A stretch of DNA of 64,000 nt from Squalus acanthias (taxonomy: Eukaryota): NCBI GenBank assembly GCA_030390025.1, contig CM059433.1, positions 9,612,001 through 9,676,000 of the forward strand, given 5' to 3'. Below, piece after piece: positions 13,353 to 26,389 of this stretch. Each line of letters opens with the position of its first letter. Within the stretch, counting starts at the first letter, position 1. The notes under the pieces are model-generated. The model was not told the origin of the DNA. It did not search any database and saw nothing but the letters and a program-made list of their open reading frames with translations. The translations under genes were made by a program, and so were the position numbers.

Positions 13353-13979
13353 AGAATCCCAGGTTCGCATACGCACAATGGTGCGCTCCTGGGATCCGTG
13401 GGGCACTACACTGCACACAACTCTGCAATGTTTGAAAATAATTTCTCGAAGGAGGGTTCGCATTTGTTCGGTTGTCAGCGGCGTATTCCTTAGCTACGCC
13501 GCCAACCGCAAATTCAGGGCCAATATGTTAACGAGCGTGGAACACAAACACTGCTGTGTAATGCGGCCGGGAAGCAACCACGTTACCTGTTGAAACTCCT
13601 CCAGTTTAGTGTTGAAATCAGCATAACTATCGAACTTCCGGGACGTAGAAATGGCAAGGAATTGCTCCGTTGTATTGACTGGAGTAGCCATCATAGACAT
13701 CAGCACCTCAGGGGAACTGCAAATTGATCAAAAGGCATGCATCAAGTTAAGGGAAACAAAGCAGGCTTATCATAGATAGGGTGAGATGAACCACTTAATG
13801 GCCGGCACGACTCACATCTGGTTGTTCATCATTCTTTGCTTACTTGAAGTACTAATCGAAGTACTTGAACTATTGCACAGGTGGGGACCCAATGCCTCAT
13901 GCTGTGCCATGGATGGGGAACTGACCACACGACCCGCTCTGGGCTGGGCCAGCAACTTAGCGGAAGAAAGGGATCCTTA

Positions 13980-15679
13980 AGCGATGGGTGGGTCCGTGGC
14001 GGGCGACGCTGGTGGTGCGTCTCGACCTCGCTGCTGGCTCCAGCCCGCTGTCCAAAATGATTTTCCCCTGATTGGGCTTGTTAAGCCCACCCAGCGTGTT
14101 TGCCGGCCAATTGAAGGAAGCGGGTCTGATGATGTCATTTGATGACGCATCATCAGCCGGTTTTCTTAAAGGGACCATGCGCAAATTAATTTTGACAGTT
14201 GTGCTGTCAGTGTTCTACAGCATTGAGGTGCTGCAAACACTGACAAGCACTGCACAGAGGCACAGGGCTGCAACCAGGCTCTCCCATGACTCCTTCCATA
14301 TGCTTATGGAGGGAGTCACAGCACGCAGGGAGGTTCTCTTCCCTTCCAATGGGCGGTAGAGACCTCCCCAGGAGACCAACGCAGCCTGGTTGCACATTGC
14401 ACAGGAGGACACAAGCAGGGATGTCATCAGGAGGACCAGGCTGCAGTGGCGCAAACCTTTGATCTCAGTAGACCACGAAACGTTAGTGCAAAGCCACACT
14501 CAACCTCATCTTGCTGTGCCACTCATCACATCCCCATCATTCTGCCTTCCTTACCCTACTCCTGCACATCCTTACTCACACCAACTTACCTTGCACCTCC
14601 ACCCATCCCTCTCTCTCTATCTACATTATCACTTTCCCATCTCACTAGCCACACCTCACACTCACCCTCATCCTAGTCCAAACATACCAACTAATAACAC
14701 TTGTGTGTTGTAGCCAATGTTCATGTGAAGTTTCTGTTAATGTGCTGTCAAACATCGAAATCTTTATTTTCAACACTTTGCTTTCTTGGACAGATTTGTG
14801 TGAACCTTTGGAAGTGGCTTAGTGAGATGCAGTGAATGGTGAGACATAACGGTACCCCCCGCAATGATCATGAGTGTGAAAGGAATGGCTTGGGCATTGT
14901 CGGGATGCTTTATGGTGTTGGTGTGGGGTGGTGCCAACCTGGCACATCATGTGGCAGCCAGGGTGTACAGCGTCCAGTGAAGTAAATCTGGCCATGGAGG
15001 CCATCCCTGGCGTCCCGGGCAGCAATGTGGTCGGGTGCTGATGCCCTGTGTCTTGTGCAGCATCAGTTGATTGCGGAGAAGGTTGGTGTTGGGGCTGATT
15101 GTGGTGGGATTCTGAGGACCAAGGTGAGACAGTATAACCCGTACCCATTCTGATGTAACAGATGGCAGGTGAACTTGAGATGACAGAAGCAATCTGTCAA
15201 TGGTGAGAGAGGTTGTTCCAATGAGGTGACACTGGATAGAGAGTTTACTCCAAACACTTGCAACCTGCATAAAGCTCAGTTTGTCTTCCAAATGCAGTAA
15301 GCAACAGTTTCTGAGCTTGGAAAGTAAACAGCTGTGAGATGGGAGCATTTATAGCACATTTGCAGCTGTCAAGCAATGAGATGATTCCATGGGCATTCAA
15401 CTCCTGTCCTGCTTCCCTGACGTGATCCCCATGGGCAACCTGGTAAACTCTGAAGATGAGCTGAAAATAGTTCTTAATCCTCTGATAACAAGGTCATAAT
15501 GACCTGAAATGCCTCCCCCACCGCTGTGCGTTGGGTCTGCTCAGCGCTGACAGACCCGACATTTGGGAAAGGTGCGTGGCGGCGGGTTGACAGCGGGGTC
15601 CCGACCCGCTGTCAAACAAAACATTTTCACACCTGACCCGCCACCGATCGCGCCCGCTGAACCCCCGCTAAATTCCCCA
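13980..15679. mobile_element. Non-autonomous Harbinger derivative with Myb/SANT relic
   Basis: Collinear with 58862-60616. Relic peptide LMEGVTARREVLFPSNGR...WLHIAQE...QWRKP(F)NDL resembles the Myb/SANT exon at 22011-22250. The left end is approximate. Confidence 0.75.
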
Positions 15680-15829
15680 CTAGGTTTCTGCTTGACGTCC
15701 TGGTTCTGCAGGAACAGTGGGAGATGGCATGTCTGTGAAATTTAATATATCATTATAACTGCTGTGCCAAAGTTGTCTCTGGCTATTGCAGGGACGGGCT
15801 CATCTTTGTTCCAGAGTTTGGTCTTATAT

Positions 15830-16258
15830 ACGTTGGGCCTATACTCATTGGAATTTAGAAGAAAGAGAGGTGATCTTATTGATACATATCAGATACTGAG
15901 GGGGCTTGACAAGGTAGATGCAGAGAGGATGTTTCCCCTCGTGGGGAAATCTAGAACTCGGGGGCACAGTCTCAGAATAAAGGGTCGCCCTTTTAGAACC
16001 GAGATGAGGAGGAATTTCTTCTCTCAGAGGGTCGTAAACCTGTGGAATTCTCTGCCCCAGAGAGCCGTGGAGGCTGGGTCATTAAATACATTTAAGGTGG
16101 AGATAGACAGATTTTTGCAAGATAAGGGAGTGAAGGGTTATGGGGAGCGGGCAGGGAAGTGGCTTTGAGCCCAAGATCAGCCATGATCTTATTGAATGGC
16201 GGAGCAGGCTCGAGGGGCCAAGTGGCCTATTCCTGCTCCTATTTCTTATGTTCTTATG
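15830..16258 (+). mobile_element. CR1 LINE 3' fragment
   Basis: Nearly the same sequence as 2207-2620. Confidence 0.92.
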
Positions 16259-17149
16259 GTTACCAGGCCACCTGCAGGTGTTCTGCATGGTGTTAGCCAT
16301 TTTCCAGGTGTACAAAGATGTGTCGGAAGCTAAAAAAGATGTTCCTGGTTTTTGTTGGCAGCATGAGTTTCCGTTAGTAACATTCTGCTCACCACAAGGT
16401 GTTGCTTTCATTTTCTTGGCTGCTCTTGCAATATTCCGCTGATGTCTTTGGTTTCCTCAGGGATGTTTCAAGGTTTGCTTTAGGAATATCAAGTTACTGA
16501 CCCCCGCTAGCCTAAGTCAACTCTGACAGTTTAGCTGTAGGGCTGTAACTGTTCGAGAGTAACACATGCCAAACCATAACATGGAAAGTTACTGGTATGC
16601 ATTACCTTACCTGCCCCGCCAGATCATTTCATTGAACCTCTTGCAGCATGGGTCTGCAGTCCTGGACGTGAGACATTTATAGCACTCAGTGCCAGTCTCA
16701 CTGATGCCTCCTGCTGCTATTTATGGCTTTGTATTGTTCTCCCCAGACTTCCTAAGGAATTGCAATTTACCTCATCTCCAGTGCTTATACCCTGGGGTCA
16801 ATTATTCACTTTTGCTACATTGAGTTCCTCGTGCAAGGTAAATAATGCCTCAGAACCTGTAACAACTGAGACGGTGTTGTCAATTTCAGCAGTCACTGTT
16901 GGCAATGACATGGTCACTAAATGCGTCCGCCCATTCAACTTTCATCGCAATACTCACTTTCCGAGATTTTCTTCCTCTTCGTCTTCGGGCAACCTGTCTC
17001 ACAAAACAAGTTGAAACTGTTGCTATTAGTTGATAAAGAGATACCAAAACAGTAAACTTTGGATGTTCATCAAGCTGACACACTCCCTGTCCCCCAGGAT
17101 GTTTTCTCTGGAGATTCTTCTCCAGCCTCCAAACAAAAGCGAACCTTCC

Positions 17150-17950
17150 AGAACATAGAATAATCGCGCCAAACCATCTGCGCCTGCGCGATAACATCAC
17201 CGCGCAATGGCCATTCAGCGAGCCAATGTTATCTCGGGTTTGGGAGTGTGGTCACCCTGCAGTTTACCTTATCACACTGTTTACCTTCTCCGGTCTATTC
17301 TGATCTATTCTTAAGTCTTCATCGAGACTATTTGTAGTGGGTCCACTTCGAGGGCCAAATTGCACATGTGCCACGTCGAAGCCACGCGGAATTACGCACG
17401 TGCAAGCTTGTTACTGGCCTTGTGCATGCGTGAACTCGCTGCCGGTGCTGCGTGTGCGCCACGTCGTGTTGCATTGTTGTCAATAAACACTCCGTTTCTG
17501 GAAAGCAAGAGATAGAGACACACACAGGTCTGGGCAGGGGATAGCCGCCAACTTTCATTTCTCCGAAATCTCATTCGGGCTTCTGGTCAGTTTCACTTTC
17601 CAAACGTCACGGTTTGTTTATCGCCGGCTTGGGTTTCGATTCCGCAGCCCCAGCAGTTTCCAGTGTTGATTTACACCGGGTGCCCCTTGGCCGGACCACG
17701 GACTCTGGCCGCCTCAGTGCCGCCGATCGCCGGTCACTGCGGCCGGAATGAACGTCCGTTGCAGCCGAGAGGTGGCCCAGTCCCTCGGCTCGGCTCTGTA
17801 TAAGGAATGGGCTCGAAGGATCTTTGCAATCGGGGGCAGCAATAACTCAGAGCCGCTTTATTTTGCCCTCAGCCCAACCTGCGAGGGAGCCCTGGGATGA
17901 GAATCCCCGTTTGCACCAACTCCTCGCCCGCGGTCAAACCTACTCGGTTT
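17150..17950. promoter_or_regulatory. CpG island, probable (bidirectional) promoter
   Basis: CpG-dense non-repeat tract. It has an E2F-like tcgcgccaaa at about 17164, an NRF1-like tgcgcctgcgc at 17179-17189 and CCAAT near 17223. There is a plus-strand coding exon to the right and minus-strand splice signals to the left. Confidence 0.65.
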
Positions 17951-17989
17951 GCATCGCCTCTGAAAACAGGATTCAAGGTGCAGAAATAA

Positions 17990-18380
17990 CAGAGCAAAAA
18001 TCTAGGCTGACACTCCAGTGCAGTGCTGAGGGAGAGCCCCACTGTCAGAGGTGCCGTCTTTCGGATGAGACGTTAAAACCAAGGCCCCATCTACTCTCTC
18101 AGGTGGATGTAAAAGATCCCATGGCACTATTTCGAAGAGGAGCGGGGGAGTTATCCCCGGTGTCCTGGCCAATATTTACCCATCAATCAATATCACTAAA
18201 ACAGATTATCTGGTCGTTATCATATTGCTGTTTGTTGGAGCTTGCTGTGCGCAGTTTGGCTGCTGCGTTTCCTACATTACAACAGTGACTACACTTCAAA
18301 AAATACTTCATTGGCTGTAAAGAGCTTTGAGACGTCTGATGGTCGTGAAAGGCGCTGTAGAAATGCAAGACTTTCTTTTT
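17990..18380 (+). mobile_element. Deu-domain SINE, head truncated
   Basis: Matches 19090-19467. Confidence 0.85.
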
Positions 18381-18430
18381 AGAATCATACGTACATCTTT
18401 GAGACAAACTGACAAGGCTGGCCAAAAGTT

Positions 18431-18757
18431 ATGGAGCTGATGGCGTTTTCCCCAAACAAGCAGGGATCTCTGATCAAGGGATTTTTGGTCCAAGACGATC
18501 AAAATAATAAGGGCACAGAGCGTCTCTTGCAAGATCTGGTCCGTGAGAGTGGGCAGATAAGTCTCTGCAGCTACACCAGAGAGGATGGGGGCAGAATGTG
18601 GCAGAGACTGGGGCTGGTCACTGATGGGCAGGAAAGAGAGATCTTCAGAAATTGCATCTCTCTGGCTGAAAGCCCAGAGCTTCATCCCTCTGTGTTAAAC
18701 ATCAAAAACTCAGTTGTGTTCTGCAAGTATGAAGATGCTAATGGCATTTTCGAAGAG
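18431..18757 (+). CDS. First coding exon of an unidentified host gene (109 codons, phase 0)
   Basis: Non-repetitive ORF MELMAFSPNKQGSLIKGFLV...YEDANGIFEE with an upstream in-frame stop, ending at a consensus donor GAG|gtaagt next to a CpG island. Family not recognised. Confidence 0.7.
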
Positions 18758-19020
18758 GTAAGTCAGAGGTATGTGGGATTTTTATGATTACTTAAACCGG
18801 GTGTCTTCAACCTTTTGAGGAGGTGGGCCAAATCCTCACGACACCACTAGTAAGTGGGCTGCATCTGGTTAAAGCTTTTAAACCAGGCAGCCTCATGCTC
18901 AAACCCCAATCTATTTTGTCTTTCTTTGAATCTTTGAGCCGTTTCCACCACCTTCACTTATGTGTCTCCTCTCTTTCATTTCTGTCTCCTCTCCTTCACT
19001 TCTCTCTCGCTCAGCTGTCA

Positions 19021-19467
19021 GCTGTGGCTCAGTGGGTAGCACCCTCGCCTCTGAGTCAGAAGGTTGTGGGTTCAAGTCCCACTCCAGGGACTTGAGCACA
19101 TAAAGCTCGGCTGACACTCCAGTGCAGTGCTGAGGGAGTGCTGCACTGTTGGAGGTGCCATCTTTCGGATGAGACGTTAAACCGAGGCCCCGTCTGCTCT
19201 CTCAGGTGGATGTAAAAGATCCCGTGGCACTATATCGAAGAGGAGCAGGGGAGTTATCCCTGGTGCCAATACTAATCCCTCAACCAACATAACAAAAAAC
19301 AGATTATCTGGTCATTTTCACATTGCTGTTTGTGGGAGCTTGCTGTGTGCAAATTGGCTGCCACATTACAACAGTGACTACACATCAAAAGTACTTCATT
19401 GGTTGTAAAGTGCTTTGAGACGTCTGGTGGTCATGAAAGGCGCTATATAAATGCAAGTCTTTCTTTC
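19021..19467 (+). mobile_element. Full-length tRNA-derived Deu-domain SINE
   Basis: Box A tggctcagtgg, box B ggttcaagtcc, Deu-like core, and a tail aaggcgctatataaatgcaagtctttcttt similar to the L2 3' end. Confidence 0.9.
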
Positions 19468-19508
19468 ATCCTGATTCAGTGAATCTAGGATTAGTCAACT
19501 GACACTTA

Positions 19509-20231
19509 GGGCTGGATTTTGAATGACCCATGGAGTCGGGTTTGGAGGCGTGTGGGGGGTTAAATTTGCGGGGTCGGGGGTCCCGACCCCATCCCGCCTC
19601 CACGCAATTTTGACAAAATCAGTCGCGGGGTTCCCGACTCCGTCCTGCCTGCAAGAGGCGGGAGAGGCCATTAAAGCCCTTAAGAAGCCCTAAATTGGCT
19701 CTGTAATGCCATTTTGAAACGTTTTAGCTAGTTTAACCCTTTTCTGACATGAAGTACGCCTGGTGTGAAACACTCCAATGAAACCTGGCGGGAGCACAAG
19801 TGGATAGCTGCAGGTCCACTATTACAATGGAAATGTGATGAAGGTTGTGAAAGTCACCTTTGATGCTGCTGCATTGAATGTCTTCAGAGACTGCATGGCA
19901 TTTGGTGTGAAAGGACTTGGATGCAAAAAAAATTCTCTCTCTCTCTCTCTCTCTCTCTGCATCCAGGCCCACTCACAGCGAAAAGCCAGGCAGGTCCTCT
20001 CTCACCGAGATCCAGTCAGTCTCTGAGACCAGGCAGCAGCAATGATGACATCATCAGAGGCGACTTTCAGACTGAAACCACTAATTAGTTCATGGGTTCC
20101 CACATGCTGGAACTCAATTGCCCAATTAAGTGAAAATTGCATCATTCATCCACATTAATCTGGAGTCGGCGGGGGGAACACGAAATGCGGATGACATGAC
20201 CCCAACCCGACCCCAAGACAAAATCCAGCCC
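19509..20231. mobile_element. Harbinger/Tourist-type MITE
   Basis: Perfect TIRs gggctggatttt / aaaatccagccc with TTA target duplication (19506-19508, 20232-20234). Confidence 0.88.
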
Positions 20232-20721
20232 TTAATGTCTCAGCTTGAAGTAATGTGAGTGGTGACATTCTACAAACTGGTCCGTCTACCTTTAATACAC
20301 ATCTTCAGTGCCCGGCCCTTTAACAAATAAGTTGCTCTTCGTCTCAGCAGCTGCAGTATTAAACAATTAAAAAAATAACCCTGAAACAAAACACATTAGA
20401 AATGTGACTTTTACTGACATCACATTGGCATTCCAACATGCTGGATCTTGGTGTGCTCTAGCGTGGGTTTGCAACCACAGCCTGACTGTTCAGCAGACAC
20501 CATACACTTACCCGCAGGAAGGGATGGGAGTACGGAATCAATTCAGGCCGCTCGTTCACATCCTGGGAGCTGCCGATATTGAGTGAAATTATCCCAGGCC
20601 AAACAGTGGGTCTCTTTGCGGCGCTTTTGTCCCAGGTATAGCACAGGAAGACCACAACAACTTGCAGTTACAGTGTTGCTCGCGTGCAGCAAGATGTCTC
20701 GGAATGCTGCAAACCAATTTT

Positions 20722-21575
20722 AAAAAATAAATTCATTGATGGGATGTGGGCGTCGCTGGCAAGGCTAGCATTTATTGCCCATCCCTAATTGCCCTTGAGA
20801 AGGTGGTGGTGAGCCGCCTTCTTGAACCGCTGCAGTCCGTGTGGTGAAGGTACTACCACAGTGCTGTTAGGGAGGGAGTTCCAGGATTTTGACCCAGCGA
20901 CGATGAAGAATCGGCCGATATACTTCCAAGTCAGGATGGTGTGTGAATTGGAGGGGAACTTGGAAGTGGTGGTGTTCCCATGCGCCTGCTGCCCTTGTCC
21001 TTCTAGGTGGAAGAGGCCGCGGGTTTGGGAGGTGCTGCCGAAGAAGCCTTGGTGAGTTGCTGCAGTGCATCTTGTAGATGGTACACACTGCAGCCACGGT
21101 ACGCCGGTGGTGGAGGGAGTGAATGTTTAAGGTAGTAGATGGGGTGCCAATCAAGTGGGCTGCTTTGTCCTGGATGGTGTCGAGCTTCTTGAGTGTTGTT
21201 GGAGCTGCACTCATCCAGGCAAGTGGAGAGTATTCCATCACGGGGTATGGGGAGGGAGGGGGAATATGGTATTGAGATAAGGGATCAGCCATGTTCATAA
21301 TGAATGGCGGAACAGGCTCGAAGGGCCGAGTGGCCTACTCCTGCTCCTATTTTTCTATGTTTCCATGTATCACGCTCCTGACTTGTGTCTTGTAGATGGT
21401 GGATAGGCTTTGGGGAGTCAGGAGGTGAGACACTCACCGCAGAGTACCTAGCCTCTGACCTGCTCTTGTTGCCACAGTATTTATGTGGCTGGTCCAGTTA
21501 AGTTTCTGGACAATGGTGACCCCCAGGATGTTGATGGTGGGGGATTTGGCGATGGTAATGCCATTGAATGTCTGA
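20722..21575 (-). mobile_element. Zenon-like LINE 3' fragment with nested CR1 3' end (21241-21368, +)
   Basis: Reverse complement of 3975-4690, interrupted at RSV|MEYSPLAW by a short CR1 tail. Confidence 0.85.
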
Positions 21576-21683
21576 TTAATCTTTGCCATGTTTGACATTT
21601 GACATTTTTTTGCTGCAGGACAGGTTCTTACTATAGCAGAGAAACTTACTTACTGCAGATTGAGCCTTTGTGATTAAGTCTAT

Positions 21684-23467
21684 GGGCTAGCAATTCATTA
21701 CAACCCAGGAATGGGCGGTATCGGTAGAAAAGTTGCAGAATTAGCGCCAGGTGCTAATGCTTTAGACTGCATGCAAAATTCCTGCTCACTGCTCAAAAAA
21801 ATGATTGGAATCCTAATTCAAGTCTTAAAGCCCAAGCTCATTGGTGTTACAATCAAAGGGTGGACCAATATCAGGTGCAGTCTAATCGCAAGTCATGATT
21901 GCTGCAGGCTTTTTTCAGTACTTAAAGGGGCGGTTCATTGATGCTGCAGCACCTTATTCTCAGCATTCCTGGCTGTGCAGCAAGCTCTGAACCAGATGTA
22001 TTCATGGCAGATCCATGCCTCAGGGAGAGAGCCCGCAGATTCTGCGATAAAGCATTGGAGGCATTGGTTTTCGCTGTGAATAAATGGAGGGCGGTGCTCT
22101 ACCCGGCAAGTGGCAGGAGGCCCTCACCACAACTCTTCCGCACCATGTGGAGGGAAGTAGCGCAGCAATTCTCGGGCAGCACTGTGGTTCCCAGGACCCA
22201 CACACAGTGCAGGAAGAAATTTAACGACCTCACTCAGGTGGTCAGGGTGAGTGAATGCGTCAACAAATGCTACATACCACCATCTGAACCACAGTCTTCA
22301 CCAAAGCACCACACCCCCAGCACTCACCCACCAACAATCTCTGCCTACCAACACTCACACCAACATCTCACACCTTGCACTCAATGACAGCTATTGAACT
22401 ATGGGAGGCACATCATTCAAACACATTACTCCACACTCACACATTAACCACTTTTCTTTCTCTTGCAGGCCAAGGTGGCTCACAACAGGAGGGAGCAGGA
22501 GCGCACAGGCAGGGGACAAGCCGACACCCAACCACTGTCTGCGCTGGAGAATAGAGTGCTGCAGATTATTGGGCACCACTTACCACTCTTTTGTGGTGTC
22601 TGTCATTTCAGCTTCGCGATGTGAAATGGCCTGCAAGAGGGATGGAATGATGGGGACCTGGTGAGCAAAGGGGATGTGGACTTTAAGTCATCCTGGTGTG
22701 AGGCTGGAGGTCTGTTTGGAGTAGGTGGCAGAGTTCTTCGACCACCTCCTTGGTGAGATGGAGCCATCTAATACACTGTTCCTCGCTTTATTGAAGGTAG
22801 CAGAAGTGCTTTCGGAATACCCTTGGAGGGTAAAGCCTCCTGGTGAGAGCCCTGATGTCCCTCCTCATCTCTCGGCGCATATGTTCCCATCATTCTTGGT
22901 TCCTCTGCTCCCTCCGTCATAGATCCTGGAGGGCGAGGTGGCATACCAGTACAGCCCCCATTAATGTTACCAAGTGTAGCAGTTTGATTTTTTTAAAGAA
23001 TCAATGTAGCTACTTTTTAGTTGCCACAACACTCCTGATACAAAAGAACCTTGAAATTACTCAATGGAACTGTTGGAGTTCGTGAAACTGACAAGAAACC
23101 ACTGAAACTGCACCAACCTGACTGCTGCGAGTCAATACTGATGATCCCTTTAAATAACGTCCCTGGAGCCGGCTTTCTGGTGCTTTGCGCCAGCTCTCCC
23201 TGTCAGAGTTTACTCCAGGCACTAAGCTTGGTGGCGACAATCAATTTCGCAGATCAGGCAGTCAGTGAGCGTTGCACACTCATTGACGTCACGATCCACC
23301 TGGCATTGACGTTCCTGGCAATAACTCTTACCGGCGCCGCTACGGGGTGGGGGGGGATTTGGCGTGCGACGCTGGATTCGCCGCGCCCCGGCAATACTGC
23401 TCTAGCACCCCATTAGTGCCATCTGCTGGCGCTAATGGGAGGCGCTAAGGGGACGAATTTTTCCCCC
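21684..23467. mobile_element. Harbinger internal-deletion derivative (Myb/SANT exon on +, transposase 5' relic on -)
   Basis: TIRs gggctagcaattc / gaattttttccccc, TSD tat. 22011-22250 encodes RARRFCDKALEALV...WREVAQQ...PRTHTQCRKKFNDLTQVVR|gtgagt. Confidence 0.85.
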
Positions 23468-23779
23468 TATATATTTTTCCCTTTAATTGAATGAAAAACT
23501 AACAGATGCAATCAATGGCAGTGCCACTGCATCACAGATGGAATTACTGTGCAATCCTTTGTACACACATGGATAAGGGTCTTGCCAGCTAAATTCACTT
23601 TGACAACAATTTGGCCCTGAATTTCTGTGAGGTTTGTCCTGATCTTCCACCATAACTTCAGCGCGATGCAACAATTCTAAGTATTTTATCCTCCTGTTAC
23701 GTGGGTCCAGCTACCACCTGGAGGTCTCCTCTCGTACAATAAATTTACTAATTAACCGGGTCTTATTGTATTCTTTTAG

Positions 23780-23896
23780 TCAGTTGGTAAGAATCTCTCT
23801 CCCTTAAAGAAAGCAGGTACTTTCCGCTGGGTCCCGAGTAGTCCCAGTTTGTTAATTACTAGACTTTATTCCGCTGGCCCTGATCTCCCGTCATAA
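23780..23896 (+). CDS. Candidate terminal coding exon of the 18431 gene
   Basis: Acceptor tattcttttag, phase-0 open frame SVGKNLSPLKKAGTFRWVPSSPSLLITRLYSAGPDLPS*. An alternative acceptor near 21618 is possible. Confidence 0.3.
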   Translation, partial: SVGKNLSPLKKAGTFRWVPSSPSLLITRLYSAGPDLPS

Positions 23897-25201
23897 TCAG
23901 CGAGACATTGATGGAGCCCCTGGAGAAAAAGTCACAAACTGCAACACATCTTCAAACAGATGAAGGTGTGACACAGGAAACATTGTGTGAGTTAACAGTA
24001 CAGTGACTATTTATGTTCAAACAGGATATAATTTGCAGTGTTGAGTATTCTGGTCTACCAACATGCTGTCCCATAAAGTGTGGCTTCAGAATTCCCTGCA
24101 CGTTGAGTTCCTAATCTCGGCTGTGTTGTCAAGGAGGGCATGGATCTGAGTCCGACTTCAATCACCCTCTCAGAATGAGTCAAATTTTGGGCACTATCAG
24201 ACATCCAGTAGCTGACTCGAGCTTCAGTGACAAAGGTCTGGGAGCAGGTTGCTTCCCCATCATCTTGTCTGGAGCATGGTGTGCGGAGCAAGGGAAATTT
24301 AAGGGGCGAACAACAATATAAACATAAAAATAAGGGGAAATAAACAAACCAAAGAACATGTTACAGCTGAGACTCTTACTTATTACAAACTAGAGATTCT
24401 TGCTACAGGGTCGAGATAGGCAGCTTGTATAAAATACCAAGCATTATACATACTAAACACATTCCTATTCAAAAGAAGCAATATACACTGTGGTAGATTA
24501 GACATTACTTTGATGCTTTGAAGTGTTCCAGAGAGATTTAAAACACAGCACAATTTTTTTTAAAAGCTATTTAATTTTATCAAGTTATAATAAATTACAG
24601 TATGCAAGTTAACAAAGGTATAAATACAAAGTTTGACTAATATGTCTTCCTTAAATAACAGAAAATAATCCATATTTTCCCTCCAATCTCATCCATTTGA
24701 AAGTATAATAAGCAACGATGTGACACATGTGAGATGAGTGAAGCAGAATACTTTACCTTCCAGTTACATTAGTATATATTCTAGCGGAAAATCAGTTTGC
24801 AAGAGTACTTCTTTGGCTTACAATAGTGACACAATTAAATAGAACAAGATGAAACAATGGCCTTTGTGGACTATCACTACCAGCACAGTCACCATTGGAA
24901 AAAAATCAGGATTTTTAACCACAATTCCTAACTAAAAGTCCTCGAGAGTTTTGAAATAATTCTGCACAATTTTGATACTGTGAAAAGGTACAATAAAACT
25001 ATGCTGCAATATACAAAACCCTGGATGGTGGATCATTGCCCTGGCCATGGAAACTGCAAATTGCATCACTCATGCTGCTGTGAGGTGGCAAATTAAGGCC
25101 AGTCACCTTTTTTTAATGAAATGGGCCTCCACGTCCAGTGGTAAGTCCACGAATTTCTAGGCCATAGATTTTTGACTTCTTCATGCAGTGAAGATATTGT
25201 A

Positions 25202-26235
25202 GGGGGCGATTTCCCCCAGATACTTTAGGCACTAAAGAGCCCCTGAGGTGGCCAAGATGTGGTCTTACGTTGAAACGGCAGTTTAGCCCATGTTTAGCAC
25301 AAGACGCCATCTTGGTAAAGGTGTTGAAGCTTGCGCAAGGAACGGCCGTCGAAGGATCGTTAAGCAGCTGATTGCCACTTAAACTGCTTGCTAGCGTTCA
25401 TTAACAAGGCTGCATGGTGTTTTGGTGGCTAGAGCTTGGCCGAACACCCTTTCCTCACAGTGAACAGCTGATTGGGAGTAAGCAAGTCGTTGCTGAGGAT
25501 TTCGAGCGCTACTGAAAATTATATCACCTTTTACTGTTCACCTTGCTGCTGGAGGTTTGAAGAGGACTGTTGAAACACATCAGGAGACTTTCTGGGACAT
25601 TTTGTCAAGACTTCACCAACACTCGAGCAACTGTTTATTCTGGAAATTCTCTGAGGACTTCACATAAAAAGAGTAAGTGCTGTGCTACCCTACCTTATTG
25701 GAGACCTTCTAGGAGTCAGCAGGAGAAAGGGAGTGCTGGGTTATGGGCATCTTGCTATAGGGTCCCCCTTGGTCTGCAGGAGGAATGGGAGGAGGACATG
25801 AGGCCAGGCAGAGCAGCACCAGCTGCTGCAGGAGAGAGGGACAGAACGGCGAGGTGGGCTCCTTCCTCCCTGCGGGTACAGGACATCCCTCCTCCTCTGG
25901 ATCTCCCTCACCAGGACCTCCAGCGCTGCATCTGAGAATCTGTGTGCCCTCTCACTCAGTCCCTGAGCCATTCTGAAGCCTGTTGCTGTGTGCCTGCCAA
26001 CCCACTCCACACCTTCAGTGGAAGTGAGTGCGTGGAGCTCACACACGCTGCTCCATGAAAATTGCGTCTAATCATTGCAGGTGTCTGATTTAACACTTCC
26101 AGGCACGTTCAAATTATGGTGATCAGTAATTAGGACCAAAATTGCGAGCTAAATCCAGACTTTCAAACAGATGTGTCTTATTAGCACAGCATCCATTTAA
26201 CGTTTGTTTTCACCCTTTCACCAAAAATAACCCCC
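25202..26235. mobile_element. Harbinger deletion derivative
   Basis: Ends gggggcgattt / aaataaccccc. Minus-strand relic ERAHRFSDAALEVLVREIQRRRDVLYPQGGR matches the Myb/SANT gene of 45836-51204. Confidence 0.75.
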
Positions 26236-26389
26236 TGTACGTTAAATTTACCTTAACTACCCTTCATCCATATTTAATTGAAAAAACAAGTAGCTTTTTG
26301 TGATTGTATAAGCAGTGTCTAATGTATCCCGGTTAGCAAGGCTAGTTCTTTAAAATCCAGATGGAAGTAAAATCATACTTTAAAGGGAA

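Noticed and set aside
19021..19090. tRNA gene
   Set aside because: It is the tRNA-derived head of a SINE, continuous with the SINE body and tail.
20458..20655. Possible exon on either strand (minus donor CGG|gtaagt)
   Set aside because: No convincing acceptor or partner exon and no recognisable peptide.
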